Source: Basidiobolus meristosporus CBS 931.73
Taxonomy: Eukaryota > Fungi > Basidiobolomycota
DNA length: 64,000 nt
Assembly (NCBI GenBank): GCA_002104905.1
Contig: MCFE01000139.1
Span: 93,455-157,454 of the forward strand
Direction of reading: 5' to 3'
Shown: in pieces, positions 40,876 to 56,229 of the stretch
How positions within the stretch are numbered: position 1 is the stretch's first letter
Layout: each line of letters opens with the position of its first letter
The notes under the pieces: model-generated
Seen by the model: only the letters and a program-made list of their open reading frames with translations
Told to the model about the DNA's origin: nothing
The model's database searches: none
Translations under genes and position numbers: made by a program

Positions 40876-41736
40876 ATGCGCTTTGATTACCATATCAACG
40901 AGGAAACCTTAGTGAGTTTGCGGACGGAAGGGCCCCACTTCGTTATTCGGATGAGATTACAAGGGTGTCATCTGAGCCCAGAACTGCTGAACTGTCTACT
41001 ACAAGCGTTAGACCAGGTTGAAGAATGTTTGCCTGGCCGTGCGGATAATGGGCCTTGCGCGGTGATCACTACGGGTTGGGAGGAGCTCTACGCCACCGGA
41101 ATCGACCACGAGAACATCTTGAAGAACAACAAGGCCACCACGGAGATATACAAGAAGCTGCTCCTACGTCTGATCACCTTCCCTATTCCGACTGTGGCCG
41201 CCATCAATGGCAACGCATTTGGCGAAGGATTGGTATGTCCTGCGAGAGTTCTATCAGCGCCCCTCCCACATAACTAACCGATTTCACTGTGTATCACAGG
41301 TGCTAGCAATGGCTCATGACTACCGCACAATGTGCTCAGACCTGGGATATCTGTGTATGGTACTGAATCAAAGTCCGGAATTCGTTTGTAGCAGCTCTAT
41401 ACTAACCGTGTTGCACAGTACGAGGTGGACTTCCTGAATCCTCTGACGCAAGCCATGATCCCCATCGTGAAGGGAAAGCTGTCGGATGAGGTTTACCGGG
41501 AATGCTTCTGGGGGATACGTCCATTCCCCGGCGATTCGGCCTTATTGGCTGGCTTGGTTCATGGGATTGCTCCGCAAACGGAGGTTTTGGATAGTGCGAG
41601 AGCTTTGGCGAACAGGGAAATCCAGATCAGTCAGCCCATCAGGAATATCCCCCGTGCCAAGACGTGGAACGACGAAACCTACAAGGAGGCCATCTTGGCC
41701 TTGACCAGAGAGATATTCGAGAAATCCAAGTTATAG
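40876..41736 (+). CDS. Enoyl-CoA hydratase/isomerase (crotonase) family protein; introns 41233-41299 and 41360-41418
   Basis: AVITTG, FPIPTVAAINGNAFGEGL, LAMAHDYR; splicing restores a continuous frame. Confidence 0.8.
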
Positions 41737-42825
41737 CCAAGCGACCAGTGCCCTACTAGGGAGTACCGGAGATAAATCCTATTACCGAAGACTATATTCT
41801 AAGCCACACCTGATCTAGAGAAATGGGCAGTATTTGTACATTTATTCTATATAAAGCCATTAGTAGCAAAACGTAAACTGATCGTAAGCTGAGTTCCAAA
41901 TCAATTCTATGTTTCCCATTGGAGGCTTGACCATTATACGGCAAGACCGTAGGTTTGGAGCACACGAACACTGAGTTTGTGTGCTGGGTTTTGCATACAC
42001 CAGTTATGTCAAGCCAGTGGGAGACTCTGGCCAAGAGCTCTATAGAGATGACTAACCGATCTAGTCGCTGGTCCAGAGTTTATCGCCACTAACATATGAG
42101 CAAGCCCATTACGGGTATGTTTTTAGCCTAATGGATAGTAATGAATAGCCTGCTCTCGATTCGAAATACACGTGACTTATATGGACTAAATGTCCCTCTC
42201 TCCTGCCATCGCTCAAGTAATAACTGAGATTCAGTTGAGTAGTCCTGTTTGCTACAAACATAAATGACACTCTACACAAAATAACGTGTTCTCAAGCCTA
42301 CAAAACATCAGCCCAACTTCGACTGGCGTGGAATTACCAGTGGTTTCATTTACCAAATCTAGCCACAGCTTGTCCCAGGCCGAAATCCATTGAATGCAGC
42401 CTACGTAGCAGTTACATAACAAAGCCAGCACTATTGGTTCAACCGCAGACTACATATAGAAGGGGGAAATCGTGCTCCTTGCGAATGCAAACTTCATCGA
42501 AATCCTCCGATCACCACATCATTGTACCTAGCCATGGGCGAAACTCACAGCATTGGAATAATGGAGAGGCAACAGATGGTGCCACACTCACTCTCGAAGA
42601 GGGTAAGCTACGGAAATGTCCACTTGATCTGGAGACATACTACATCGGAGACATTACCACCTCCTGTATCTGCGCATAGATGGGCCTCTATTGTTGTTTG
42701 GACAGAAGACGCGCATCAACCGCCATTGCGAGCGTAGAGGGGACAAGCATAAGCTATGCCAAGATGGCGTGTGGCATATAAAGGTGCCTGGAATGCCTGG
42801 TGTTGGCCAAATCTGCCTCGATACC

Positions 42826-43364
42826 ATGCATGGATTAAAGCTTTTCTTGGTTGTTTTGTCAGTAGCGAGTCTTGTTACAAGTAGAGTGGTCACCCCATGC
42901 AACCGTTGTGCTGTATTACCGTATGCTCACTTACTCCATAGGTTTCAGAGTCATTGAACCTGCTCCCGGAAAGGTTTTTCACCACAAAGATTTCGCTTTT
43001 GTCACCTGGAGCGACGAGGATATTGGTAAGAGTCCAATCCGGCAAACCTTGGGAAACGTCAAAAACACTCACTCCCTTCAAAGACTCCAGCGACCATGTA
43101 AACGTCGAACTTTGGAAGAATGAGCCCAATACCATGGGTTCGACAACCCCTGCTTACGTTGCGCTGTTGGGCTCTAGCATATCTGTGGGCCAAGGTCGGG
43201 CAGGACTCTACATCTACCCCGAGTATGGTGTTGGGGATCAGTTCTTCATCCTGATCCGCACAGAGGTTGGCCAAATCGAAACCCGTGGCGAGGCGTTCTC
43301 CATTCAGACAGAGCAGGAAGTCCTCAGGCGATCTCTCAAACGCTCAAGACGTAATTTGATGTAA
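42826..43364 (+). CDS. Small secreted protein (~139 aa), possibly Kre9/KNH-like N-terminal Ig-like fold; introns 42881-42941 and 43026-43083
   Basis: Signal peptide MHGLKLFLVVLSVASLVTS; spliced product FRVIEPAPG..VTWSDED..VNVELW..FFILI..GEAFSIQ. Confidence 0.65.
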
Positions 43365-44650
43365 CCAGCCCCTCACATTGATCGTGAATTCTACGAGAAA
43401 CATCATATGTATGCATGCGGATCCCACCGCATGCTCGCAATTTCCGACTACTGTCGCTACATACGAAAGAAATAAAGGCCAGCATGATTAGCCACCGCTC
43501 AGTCTACGACCACAAGCTTGAAAGTTCTTTCGTACGACATCACCGACCAATCAACCAGAAACCAAGTGGCTTCATGGGGCTCTCTTTTTGACAGGGACTG
43601 GCCGCTATAGAGATTACGCTGTTGATAAGGGGTGTGTGGAATCCAAAGCCAGGTTGCTAGTATCCGGCGGATATCTTGGATAACTACCGCAGAATCTGGT
43701 TGCCAGTTGGCAATCGCCTTACATCTGGGCGCGACAAATGGTGCTTGGCATGCGCTGCCATCTGATCCAGCAAGCATGCGCTGGTAGTGGCTTAGCACCG
43801 ATGACAACCCCATTTTTTGAGCAGATGGTGGTGTGATAGGTGCATGATGAGTGGCTGAGAGAGGCCCATTTTGTCAGCATGAGTCCCGGCAACCAGCGAA
43901 CCATCGGAGCCAAACTCGACTGATTGCAGCTCAGGTACTGATAGATCATGGCAGGCGCTACCCGTTGGACTCGTCACATTCTCACCATCTTAATTATGGC
44001 AATAGATCTAGCAAAGACGACGGATGAGTCATATGTCGTCGCCTCTGCAATCAATTTTTTTTGAGCATTTTTGCAGTGCGGAATGGATAAAATCGCTGCT
44101 TATCAAGAGATCATTTCACGCGGACACCATCTATTTACCCGTTTAGTATTCTAACTTCCGTACTGGTCAGTTTTAGTAAGGTGTAGGTTATGCGTGACGA
44201 AAACGGGTCTTGGTGTGCCCCTGATGCCGTCTCCATAAGGAAGGAAGTCGATGTTTTCATGGTCATGAGTATTGTGAACTGTCCTAATTTGGCCTGCCCT
44301 TAGATATCTGATCCTCAATGGATTATTTATGTGCCGACTCAATTGGGTCGACTGTGTCGTGAGGAACACCCTGAGAAAATTTGTCTCGCCTCGCCATTCT
44401 TATTGATGATTCTATGCTACATGTGAGATCAACATGGGTGGCAATTGGCTTTTTTGGAGGGTAGGGTTGCCCTTCCAATAGTGATTTAGGTTTCACGATG
44501 ACCATTAGAGTAGTCATATTATATATTGTTTTCAATCAATCCAGCGACCGCCACCGATTGGCTCACGAGCATCCCAGACATTCTTTAGATATAATAAGCT
44601 AGTTACCACGTTTAAATAAACATACAGCTTGACTCTCTACCTTCGTCTCA

Positions 44651-47214
<2,564 letters not shown>

Positions 47215-48638
47215 GCAGTAGACAAGACACCCCATCGCTTCCCAACCCTTCTGAAGATATCCCCAATCCTCACACGGATTCATTTTCGCTGTACAAGTTA
47301 GACCACGTGGCTCAATATTTCCTATGATTCTCCGCACTAACGCATCTTCTGACAAGCTGCCTCCCATTCTCATCACCTTCGATTCACCCATTAATACAAA
47401 TCCCAAATATCCCAAATAAATCGGCGCAAACAATGATTTCGATGCAGTCATCCGGATGTTCTCCTCCGTGACCGAGTCCGTGTCCGTGTCACCAAGGGGA
47501 ATTCCAAATCGGGCCCGGATCGAGACCAGTCGTATCAGGCGGGGATCTTGAGTCGAGTGTTGCCTGATAAGGGCCAGATCCAGAGATTCCCCAGCGAAGT
47601 GGAAGTGTAGGAGAAAATTTTAATCCACCTCAGATGTGATCGATTTCATTACCAAATTGCCTGGATGCCAATACATCATGACCAAGATGGGTGCATGCTC
47701 AAATGCGGTGTCTATCCTGTTTGATGGATGCGGTTACATCTTGCGTATTAGCCTAGTGCACCTCATCGCAAGGGACTGACACTTCCCAACGATGTCTCTA
47801 CGCCCATTCTTCACTTTCTGTTCATCGTTTCAAGTGCGTTCAACTCAAAAACATCGGCGACCAGTAGCTTAGAAGTTGATAGTTCCATAGCGGTTGAGTG
47901 GTCAAGCTGAGGCAATATCCTTCTTTGTCTTGGGACCAGCTAGCATGGACATATAGAGCGCACAGTAAGTGGAGGGTGTTGACTCTCAAGCTGCAGGGCG
48001 GATAGCAGGGGAGGCTCTCAAAGCCTTTGTCGTAAGCCTGCGCAAGTAGTGGCCATATTATCGGCAGTTACGAAATTGGCATTTTTGTTCGGAAGTCTGC
48101 AATGCGAAGAAGCATCTGAAATGCAACGTGGTTCTGTGTTGCTGTAGTTGCAAGAGTTCAACGCTTCGCTACGCCCTCGAAAGGCTGTGAGCAATATGCT
48201 CGTCCGAGCTACACTATATAAATGAAGAACGTAAGGTGTCTACAGAATTCCGAACAGACTAGTCCACAGCTGCTGTTGGACGTGTAAGGGAGATTGATAC
48301 CAGGCTACTGAAATGACGCGGCTTCGGTTTGGCTGTGCCTCTGCCCATGGCAGTCTTTCGTAGTGATGCAAATTGCTAGTGTGGCTGGTGGCAAGAATGA
48401 AATGTGGTCGATCATAGTGATAAAGGTGGTCTTATTCAACCAGAGTAAATTTATTCATTCGATAGGCAGTTTAAGCCAAGAATCAAAGTGTCCTATTAGT
48501 ATGTCCAGATTAAAATTAGCCAGCATTATTCCCCAAGATGAATTGATCATTTCTTGGTTATCCAGAAAACTCCGCCTATCCTGTTAAGTGAGAGTTTTGG
48601 GTATTGCGTGGTCTCTTACTTGCGTTGAATTTCCACCC

Positions 48639-50689
48639 ATGGGCTATAACACGGAAAGCGAGGTGTCGGAGGACGAGGTAACAGAAGACATTGAAGATTT
48701 CGGTGATTCTTTACAGGACGATTCGTACTCGGTGAAACCCGAAGAGCTTGAGGATGTAGACATGATGGACCAAATCGACGAAGATGAGGAGGATGAGGAG
48801 GACGATCTGATAGATCCTGACAATGAAGAGGAAGAAATGGATGAGGACGAACTTGAAGACATGGAGGAGGGGGAGGAGGAAAAAGAGGACGTGAAGCAAG
48901 AGAAGGCGGAGACCGGCGAAGGTAAGATCTCCTCACAGAGCATCGATCTGGCAGAAGTTCCTAATTGTCTGCATAGTAACCGTTGATGAAGGCGGGATCT
49001 TTCAGAAATACTTTGATGCATCTAAAGGTACTCCTCGGCGGAAACTTCAGGACAATGCAGACACGTGCAAAACCTATGATATCATTCCATACGTATGAGC
49101 CTCTTGATTATTCCCAAACCCTTTCAGACTGAATAACCCTAGCTTGCAGGTTGCAGCGATAGAGCCCTATAATATATATTGTATGGCAAGCACACGGTGT
49201 ATGCGATGGGTTTTCACTGGGTCCGAGGACGGTTACGTGCGGAAATACGATTTCTTCGCCTCAATGAACGGGAAAACCCCGCTGGCTCAATCGCAAAGAC
49301 ACAACCACGTTGATTCAGTTACAAAAGTAGCCCAACTTCTCGAAATACTTCTATACGACGACGTGCTAACCCATCTTGGAATGCCTAGTCAGGAATCCTG
49401 TTGTCCTACTGGGAGAATGAGGAGCAAACGCCAACTGGTCGGTACTCTGTGTGGCAGAGTTGCAAGCGAGGACTAGGGGCTAACCCACTTCTCTGTAGTG
49501 AAAACCTCTCCGGAAGTCAAAGTGTCTCCTGTGTACAGTCTGGCGGTTCAGTCCGAAGCGATCTGGGGGCTCACCGGGCTCGAGGTATTTTGTTTAGCGT
49601 GTACTTGAGAACTCCACCGGGCGCTTACCTACGCGTTTCTAGAACGGAGACATCAATCTATGGACCGTGCGGCACGAAGAGGGGAATTGCCAGCATGTTT
49701 TGCGCAAACATACTGACCCAGTATCGGTGCTTCAAATCACACCAAATGAGATCGGAGTAGTCAGTGGATCCTGGGACAGATCAGTATTGGTAAGGCAGCT
49801 TGTAGTGGTGTTACCTGGCTGGATACTGAACCGAAGCAGCATTGGGATTTGAATTCAGGAGACATCGTTCGTAAATTCACCGGACACAAGTCACAGATTA
49901 GCTCGGTGGCCTTCCAATCAATACAGCCGGACGAGCAAGCCACGCAGATTCTGATGACAACAAGTATCGACGGAACTTGCTTATTTTGGGACCTACGAGA
50001 CCCAAAGGCAATCCCTAGAAAAATCACCGCGCCAGAGAAGTGCCCACCCTGGTGCCTATCGGTACGACTTGAGAAAGGATCCTTTGGCATTTGCTGCCGC
50101 CTGACTGACCCGAACCGTACACACATATAGGCGTGCTGGAGTATCAATGGGAACAACATATATTGTGGAAGACGTAATGGCACAGGTAACGATCATTTCA
50201 AGTGCGTAATGGTCATTTGTTGCTGACTGGAATTTTCCAAAAAAGTGGACGAGTGGGACTTCGGCACCGGCAAGTTTATTCGCTCGCTCAAAATGCCGTC
50301 CAATTCTGGGCCGGTCTCGTATGTCGCTTGTATGCCAAATGGGAGACATCTTGTGTGGTACGTTCGAAGGTTACTTTTAGTTTCACCCGTAGCGTGCTAA
50401 ACGACTGTAGTGCTTCCAATGACAACATACGTATGTGGAACCTTGCGATGGATGGTGCTGAGGGCAAGCTCATTCCATTCCAGATCATTCCCGGTCACCA
50501 TGGAGGCGTGGTATCTGATATACGTAAGGCTGGTGGTGTGATAGATTGCGTTTGTTCTTCTCTAATGCCTTCCAAACAGAAATCGACGAAACCTCGAAGT
50601 ACATGATTACAACCTCTGGTAATCGCGGTTGGGAAGGGACCAGCACAAACTGTGCTCTTTTCTACGACATAGTGCCCACGCTCTCGTAA
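48639..50689 (+). CDS. SPT8: SAGA complex WD40 subunit Spt8, multi-exon
   Basis: Acidic N-terminus, FTGSEDGYVRKYDFFASMNGK, SYWENEE, VSGSWDR, IIPGHHGG, C-terminal SGNRGWEGT. Confidence 0.9.
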
Positions 50690-51281
50690 AGTGTCGCGTC
50701 ATCACGCCCTTCATTACCCCCGAACCAGCTTGTTCAATATAGATGCATCCTAATAAAATTCTATCCTTTGTGCATCACTATGCACGTAAATCGTCTCTTT
50801 TGGTGCGGCACATTTTAAGAGCCTACTTTGAAATATCCGGAAAACAAGACGAAGGCCCTGTGGTATATTTAGTACGATGCCCATGTCCGCGGTGATCTTA
50901 ATATATGGAAATTCTCCAGTGAACAATCATGGTGTACATAAAGATACTGGCAAGGCTGTGGCAACGCTGTCGAGTGCTTAAAAGAACTCGACAGACATTA
51001 TTTCAATGTACTGAGCCTTACACTACGGCAGTCTGGATTCTGGACATAGACCAAGAGAAAAGTAGTCAACGAAGGAAATACCCCGTCACAGTATATTGCA
51101 GTTTACATAAAGGCTCATGCTTCTGAATGTGATATACCCCGATGTCCTCTCGCTAGGGGCGTAGAGTAATATTCAGGATAGAGCTAACATTGACCATTTG
51201 AACAGCCTACAAAGATGATATTAGGGAAGGTTTATTAGAGATCAAAATAGCTATGTACAATATGTAGAGATCGGGTGACGC

Positions 51282-51735
51282 TTAACAAAATTGAATGGTG
51301 TAATCCCCACTACAAGTGAAGATGGATGTAGCATCATCATAGGCGTAACTGTAGCAGAAGGGACAGGCTGATTTGAACAGCTTGGAGTATTTACTTGGGT
51401 GACAGGTTTGAGGTGTGCTGTCTGGGCCAGAGCAGCAGTACTGGGGCAACCCAAAGGCGCTACAGGCGGACTCGCACCCAACTACGTCTCCATTGTGGTC
51501 GCGAATCTGGAGTGGTCCGGGGCAGATGAGATTGATGTCTTTCTTGACAGTGGGGCTTCCACAGGAGTATGGGTCTCCCCAGTTGGGAACCTTAGAGTGA
51601 GGTTGAATAGAGACGGGCAAGTTGTACCCATCCACAAGCAATACATCATAATAATCAAGATTGTTCCAGCCGTTGAAGGTGAATTTGGCTAAAGAAGCAG
51701 GTGGTCTGCTGGAGATATAGCCACAGCACTCCTCT
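51282..51735 (-). pseudogene. Thaumatin-like (PR-5) protein, C-terminal half only; 5' part replaced by a LINE relic
   Basis: PPASLAKFTF, DYYDVLLVDGYNLP, GCESACSAFGLPQYCCSG, YSKLFKSACP, YSYAYDD, IQFC-stop. No start or signal peptide visible upstream. Confidence 0.8.
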
Positions 51736-51739
51736 AGTA

Positions 51740-53040
51740 ATCTTATTGACTAAGATCTTCAAAGGATTCTTGGGTGATGCTTTTGCATAGTGCTGTCCAA
51801 ACCTGATACCTAAAGTCTAAAATCTGATTGGCACAGCCTCAATACCAGTCAGACTATGTATAAGCCTCTGATATTGCTTAGAATGGTAGTCAGAAGCATT
51901 GACTACCCAGCCAATAGCTTCTTGCTGCAGAGCTTGTAGTTCGGTAATGAGGTCATGATCAGCAGCTAAACACATCATAGGTGGAGCATACTCCAATGAC
52001 AACCTCACAAAGGCCTTGAATAGCTGTAACCTAATCAGGGGATGCCATCTGGCCCCTTTGAGCCGTAGGAATCTCAAAGTGGCAGAAGCCCTTTGAATAC
52101 ACTTTTCAGTGCAAGCTGCCCAAGAAATACCACTTTGACAGGTTGGGAGTCCAAGGTAGCTGTAAGAGGAAGGCTGAGGCAGAAGGGAGTTATAGAAGGA
52201 AATATTCCACTCTGGTGTAGGACCAATGTATGCTGATTTAGCACTATTAACTTCCATACCATTGGCAGTACACCATTGGCTGACTTTACTTAGCAAATGA
52301 TTAGCTTCTGAGAGACTCCTAGGCAGCAATTGTATGTCATCAGCAAATTACAATGCTGAGGGCACAGCAGCTCCTGAGTCATTGAAGCAGAGACTTTGAG
52401 CCAGGTCATCAATGTAGACATTGAACAGGATTGGTGAAAGCAAAGATCCCTGGAATAACCCCCTGAGCCTGGGAAATGGAGATGATATCACACCATTAAC
52501 ACTAATAGTGGAATAGCAGGCCAAGAAGAGTGAGTGTACATCCTAAGAAGCTGACTGGATACATTCAGGTTCTTTAGCTTCTTCAGGAGTATTGGGATCA
52601 CTACCCTATCATATTCTTGTTTCAGGTCAATAACAATTCTGTGTTTCCTTTCTTCATGACTAGATAGGTAAAAAGCATCATGAGATACTCCTGAATGTGT
52701 TACAGTAGAGGAGCCACCCCTAAAGCCAACTTGTGCAGGATGAAACCGGGCTAAGGGGGAGTCCTTCAGGTAGTTCAGGAGGCAGACCTCAAATATTCTT
52801 CTAAGCATTGGTGTCAAGGCAATAGGCCTGAGGTTGTCAATGGTTGAGGTAGTGGACTACTTTGGCAAAGGGTGAATATGAGAGAAATTTCACTGTGAAG
52901 GGGTAAACCTAAGCCTGAGGCACTGATGGAAGAAAATCTTCAAATCATCTATAAAAGCTGCATTTCTAGCCAAATCCTTGAGAATGCATATATGAAGAGG
53001 GTCCAGACCAGTGTGGTAGGGTAAACATACCTCCCACAGA
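51740..53040 (-). mobile_element. Non-LTR (LINE) RT relic, unrelated to the telomeric class A element
   Basis: LRPIALTPMLRRIFE, QVGFRGG, GLFQGSLLSPILFNVYIDDL, FADDI, YLGLP; frameshifted. May continue at about 53700-54250. Confidence 0.8.
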
Positions 53041-53139
53041 CAAGTTTATTCATATAGCTATTATCATGCACTTATCCATATTTTATCTTATCAGTATTAT
53101 CCCATTCTTCTTTTGCCCATATTTTTAGTATTTTCCCCA

Positions 53140-53460
53140 TATGATGTTTACCCTGATTAGTTGGATGTGCTGTGCCTCTTAGAACCTTCCAGGGCCTTCT
53201 TGGAGTATTTTAGCTCATAGTGATGTCATCAAGAATTCCACTGATGCCTGGAATTTGCTAGAACCTTGTCATTAGTGATCACTTGGCAATCAGGAAAAGT
53301 ATTTAAGGGAAGTCAATCCCTCACCAATGAATCATCCCTTTGATCAGTAACACTTCTCCCTTATTGATTATCAGTTGATCACTGCACTGGCCTTCAACAG
53401 ATACATCTCAGATCTGCCATCAAGGAGCTTTTCAGGGTAGTGCACAAGACACACAGAGAC
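53140..53460. repeat. Dispersed LTR-like repeat, homologous to about 22080-22400
   Basis: Shared blocks such as TGTGCTGTG..CTTA.AACCTT, TTAGCTCAT..TGATGTCAT.AAGA and ATCATCCCTT. Confidence 0.45.
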
Positions 53461-54516
53461 TTTTGGAGACACTTGGAGCACCTAGGAAGCTAGAGAAACA
53501 GGAGCTTTTACCATAGTGACATCTTGACAAAGACATCAGCAGTTTAGAGCCAGAGGTTATTGCACCAATCAGACACTTCACTCACCTTGAGTAGTGTAGC
53601 TTTACCCAGGGGTACCTCTACACCACCATACCAGCAGACTAGGAAGAGGGATACTTGCTGATTGTAAGAAGAAGAGACTTGGTAGTGAATCATAGACTAC
53701 CAGAAAGGGTGTCTTGCATGAAAGACCCAGATGCTGGAGTCCAGCCCTCTTTAGGGCAATGAGCAGGTGGGTATGCATATACTACTTGAAAGTACTTGTA
53801 TGCATCATCCACAGCAGAGATACCAGGATCTCTGGAACTCATATTACTTCTGCCTGAGTTACCCTTTGAGTTTGCTTGAATTTCACAGCATCCTGCTGGG
53901 CAGCTTAGGCAGAGTGAAGTTGCCAAAGGGGGTCACTTCTCCTAGGACCAGATTTGGCAGCATGAACTGACTAAGTTCCCAGGTACTCCTCATATATGAT
54001 CAATACCAGGGAGTGGAAAGCAGTAAAGGCAGCATCAATAGCAGCAGAGATGGTTTCCATAGGAGAATAGGATATAAGCTCTTCTAGATGTCTCCAGGAA
54101 GCTTGCAGTATGGGGGACTCCAAAGAGTAATGGCTGCTAATGAGTGACTGAACCACTAGCTTCTCTAGTGGTAGAAGTTGCAGCTTGATTGAGTTAGAAG
54201 AAGAGGTATTCTGGGTGTTAGAGGAAGAGTGGGCCATTGGCACCACAGCAGCTATGAATATATATGGTCAGACTGGCCACACATAACATCAGACTGAAAG
54301 TACCAATGAGCTATTGTGTTGTATCTGACAAAGGCATGATCAGGAGTGCTTCCCACAACATCTATGATCCAGCAGATATGGTCTCAGGGTTCCTTGAGCT
54401 ATACATTTCTAAGATATTGAAGAATTATACTTACAGTTACAAATATTGGCTCAAAACAACACAACACATTGTAATTATGAGGTATTCAAGAGCTTTGAAA
54501 TCCACATAACTGCTGC

Positions 54517-55098
54517 TTAGGGGGGGGAGACCACCAGTTGGTGTAATATTCATTGTCAATCATTGTGAAAATAAAGAAGTCAGGGATTGATTCTGCAGTC
54601 TTGTAACATATTTGTACAGACTCTTTGGGTTACTATGTAGATAGGTTGCTATTTCTTGTAGTTCCTCTGCATTGAGTAGAGTGTTGAGAGGGTGTGGTGG
54701 TAGCACTAGAAATAATAGCTTATAATCTATGTATTAAGATGTGCTTTTGCCAATTGGTGATATAAAGCAAAGAAATGGGGTTTGCTGAGTTACATACTCT
54801 TGCCATAGTTGATTAAGATACTTGCTATATGCTACTTTGGGGTTTTTACTCCCCTCTATTGCTTTGACAAATTGCTGGACTCTGGGGCACCCAATGATAA
54901 GTTGAATATGTAGTCTTGTACAGAGGTACAAAATCCTAACTGAATATGGGAGTAGTCCAAATGTTGCCAAGACTGCATGGTGATACTCTGTTGGTGGGAG
55001 CCATGGTAATAAAGTATCAATGCTGTGGGAAACAAACTTGTCCAGTTTTGTCAGATATCTTGTTGGAATAGGCATTATTGCCAATCCAAACTCCAGTA
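54517..55098 (-). mobile_element. Class D: 3' end of a diverged relative of the telomeric LINE, with a fossil TTAG(G)n junction
   Basis: ILEFGLA..TKLDKF..HAVLATFGLLPYSVRILYL and PPHPLNTLLNAEEL align to the class A ORF2 C-terminus. The 3' end reads TTAGGGGGGGGAGACCACCAGTTGGTG...AAAGAAGTCAG. Confidence 0.8.
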
Positions 55099-55784
55099 TG
55101 TTGTAAGAGTCTTGGAGATATTGGAAGTGAATGGGAGGACAAGTAGATTGTGTGGTTTTCACTTAATGATTTATTGAATGTAGAAGTAGTATTTATACTT
55201 TTACCTGGTCTTGGCATAACAAACATGTAGAATAGATTAAGGAAGGTCCCAAGAACATGTGTGCAAAGTTTGGGGCTGTATGGACAACTTTGAGAATTTT
55301 TATGTTCTGGGTACCTGGTATTTTGGTGAAAATAATCTGAGTAAATCCCAACAAGGAATTTGGTCAGTATTCTCTAGAATTTGAGGGTAATGATTTAAGT
55401 GACCAAGTTAGGGGAATATTTAGGTGGAATTACAAACTTCTTACAACACTCCCACTCAGCTAAATGTTCACACTGACTAGTCCTAATTTAGACCTAAAAT
55501 ATTCAAACTTGACTCTAGCTAATGGTTTGGTGAACATGTCAACAATCATTTCATCTGTAGGACAGTAAACTAAGATAACTAAGTTATTCTCTATAGCTTC
55601 ACATATGAAATGGTGTCTAATATCTATGTGCTTGGTTCTAGCATGAAAAGTTGGATTTCTACCTAATTGTATACATCCTTGATTATCGTGAAATAAAGTA
55701 ATAGGTGTTTTTTGACATAGGCCTAAATCTGTAAAAAGCTTTCTTAGCCACATTGCTTCTTTTGTAGCTTCACAGGCTGCCATA
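55099..55784 (-). mobile_element. Ty1/copia 3' end (RNaseH C-terminus 55783-55460, PPT, 350-bp LTR 55099-55448), truncated by the telomeric array
   Basis: ATKEAMWLRKL and HARTKHIDIRHHF; LTR with 9-bp terminal inverted repeats TGTTGTAAG...CTTACAACA. Confidence 0.88.
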
Positions 55785-56217
55785 GGGGAGGGAAAGTCAC
55801 CAAAGTAGGTGAAATCTTTATTTGATTTCAGACAAGTCTAACTACAAATAAAGAAGCCAGCTGGGAATAGAAGATTCCCAAAATAAACACTAAGTTGAAT
55901 ATGAATAAATCTAAGCTAAAGTTAAGGCAGTATCCCAGAGTACACTGGAGTTCAGGTTCATGGGGGAGTGAAGCAGATAAGCTTGAGAGATATAATAATC
56001 ATTTAAGAAGTGGGTAACAGCAGGTGAAGGGGAGTTTTTGATAAGTGAAGTGAATCTTGAGATCAGAGATTCCTCTAATGAGAAGGTTTAGTAAACTGGA
56101 GAATCAGGAAACTCTTTAAAGGCATGGTCAGTAGGTTCCCAGTAAAACTGGTCAGAGACATTTTGAGAGAATTGTTTAGCAATACTTTTGTCAAGTACAA
56201 CCTCCAGAGTGTGATGG
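55785..56217 (-). mobile_element. Class B telomeric element, 5'-truncated copy (B1)
   Basis: Near-identical to 62675-63107; begins with the G-run and shared 3' hairpins; truncated at GTGATGG. Confidence 0.9.
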
Positions 56218-56229
56218 GTTAGGGGTTTA

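Noticed and set aside
48588-49021. Ser-rich minus-strand ORFs and a GAG/GAT low-complexity tract as a separate feature
   Set aside because: Explained by the acidic N-terminus of Spt8.
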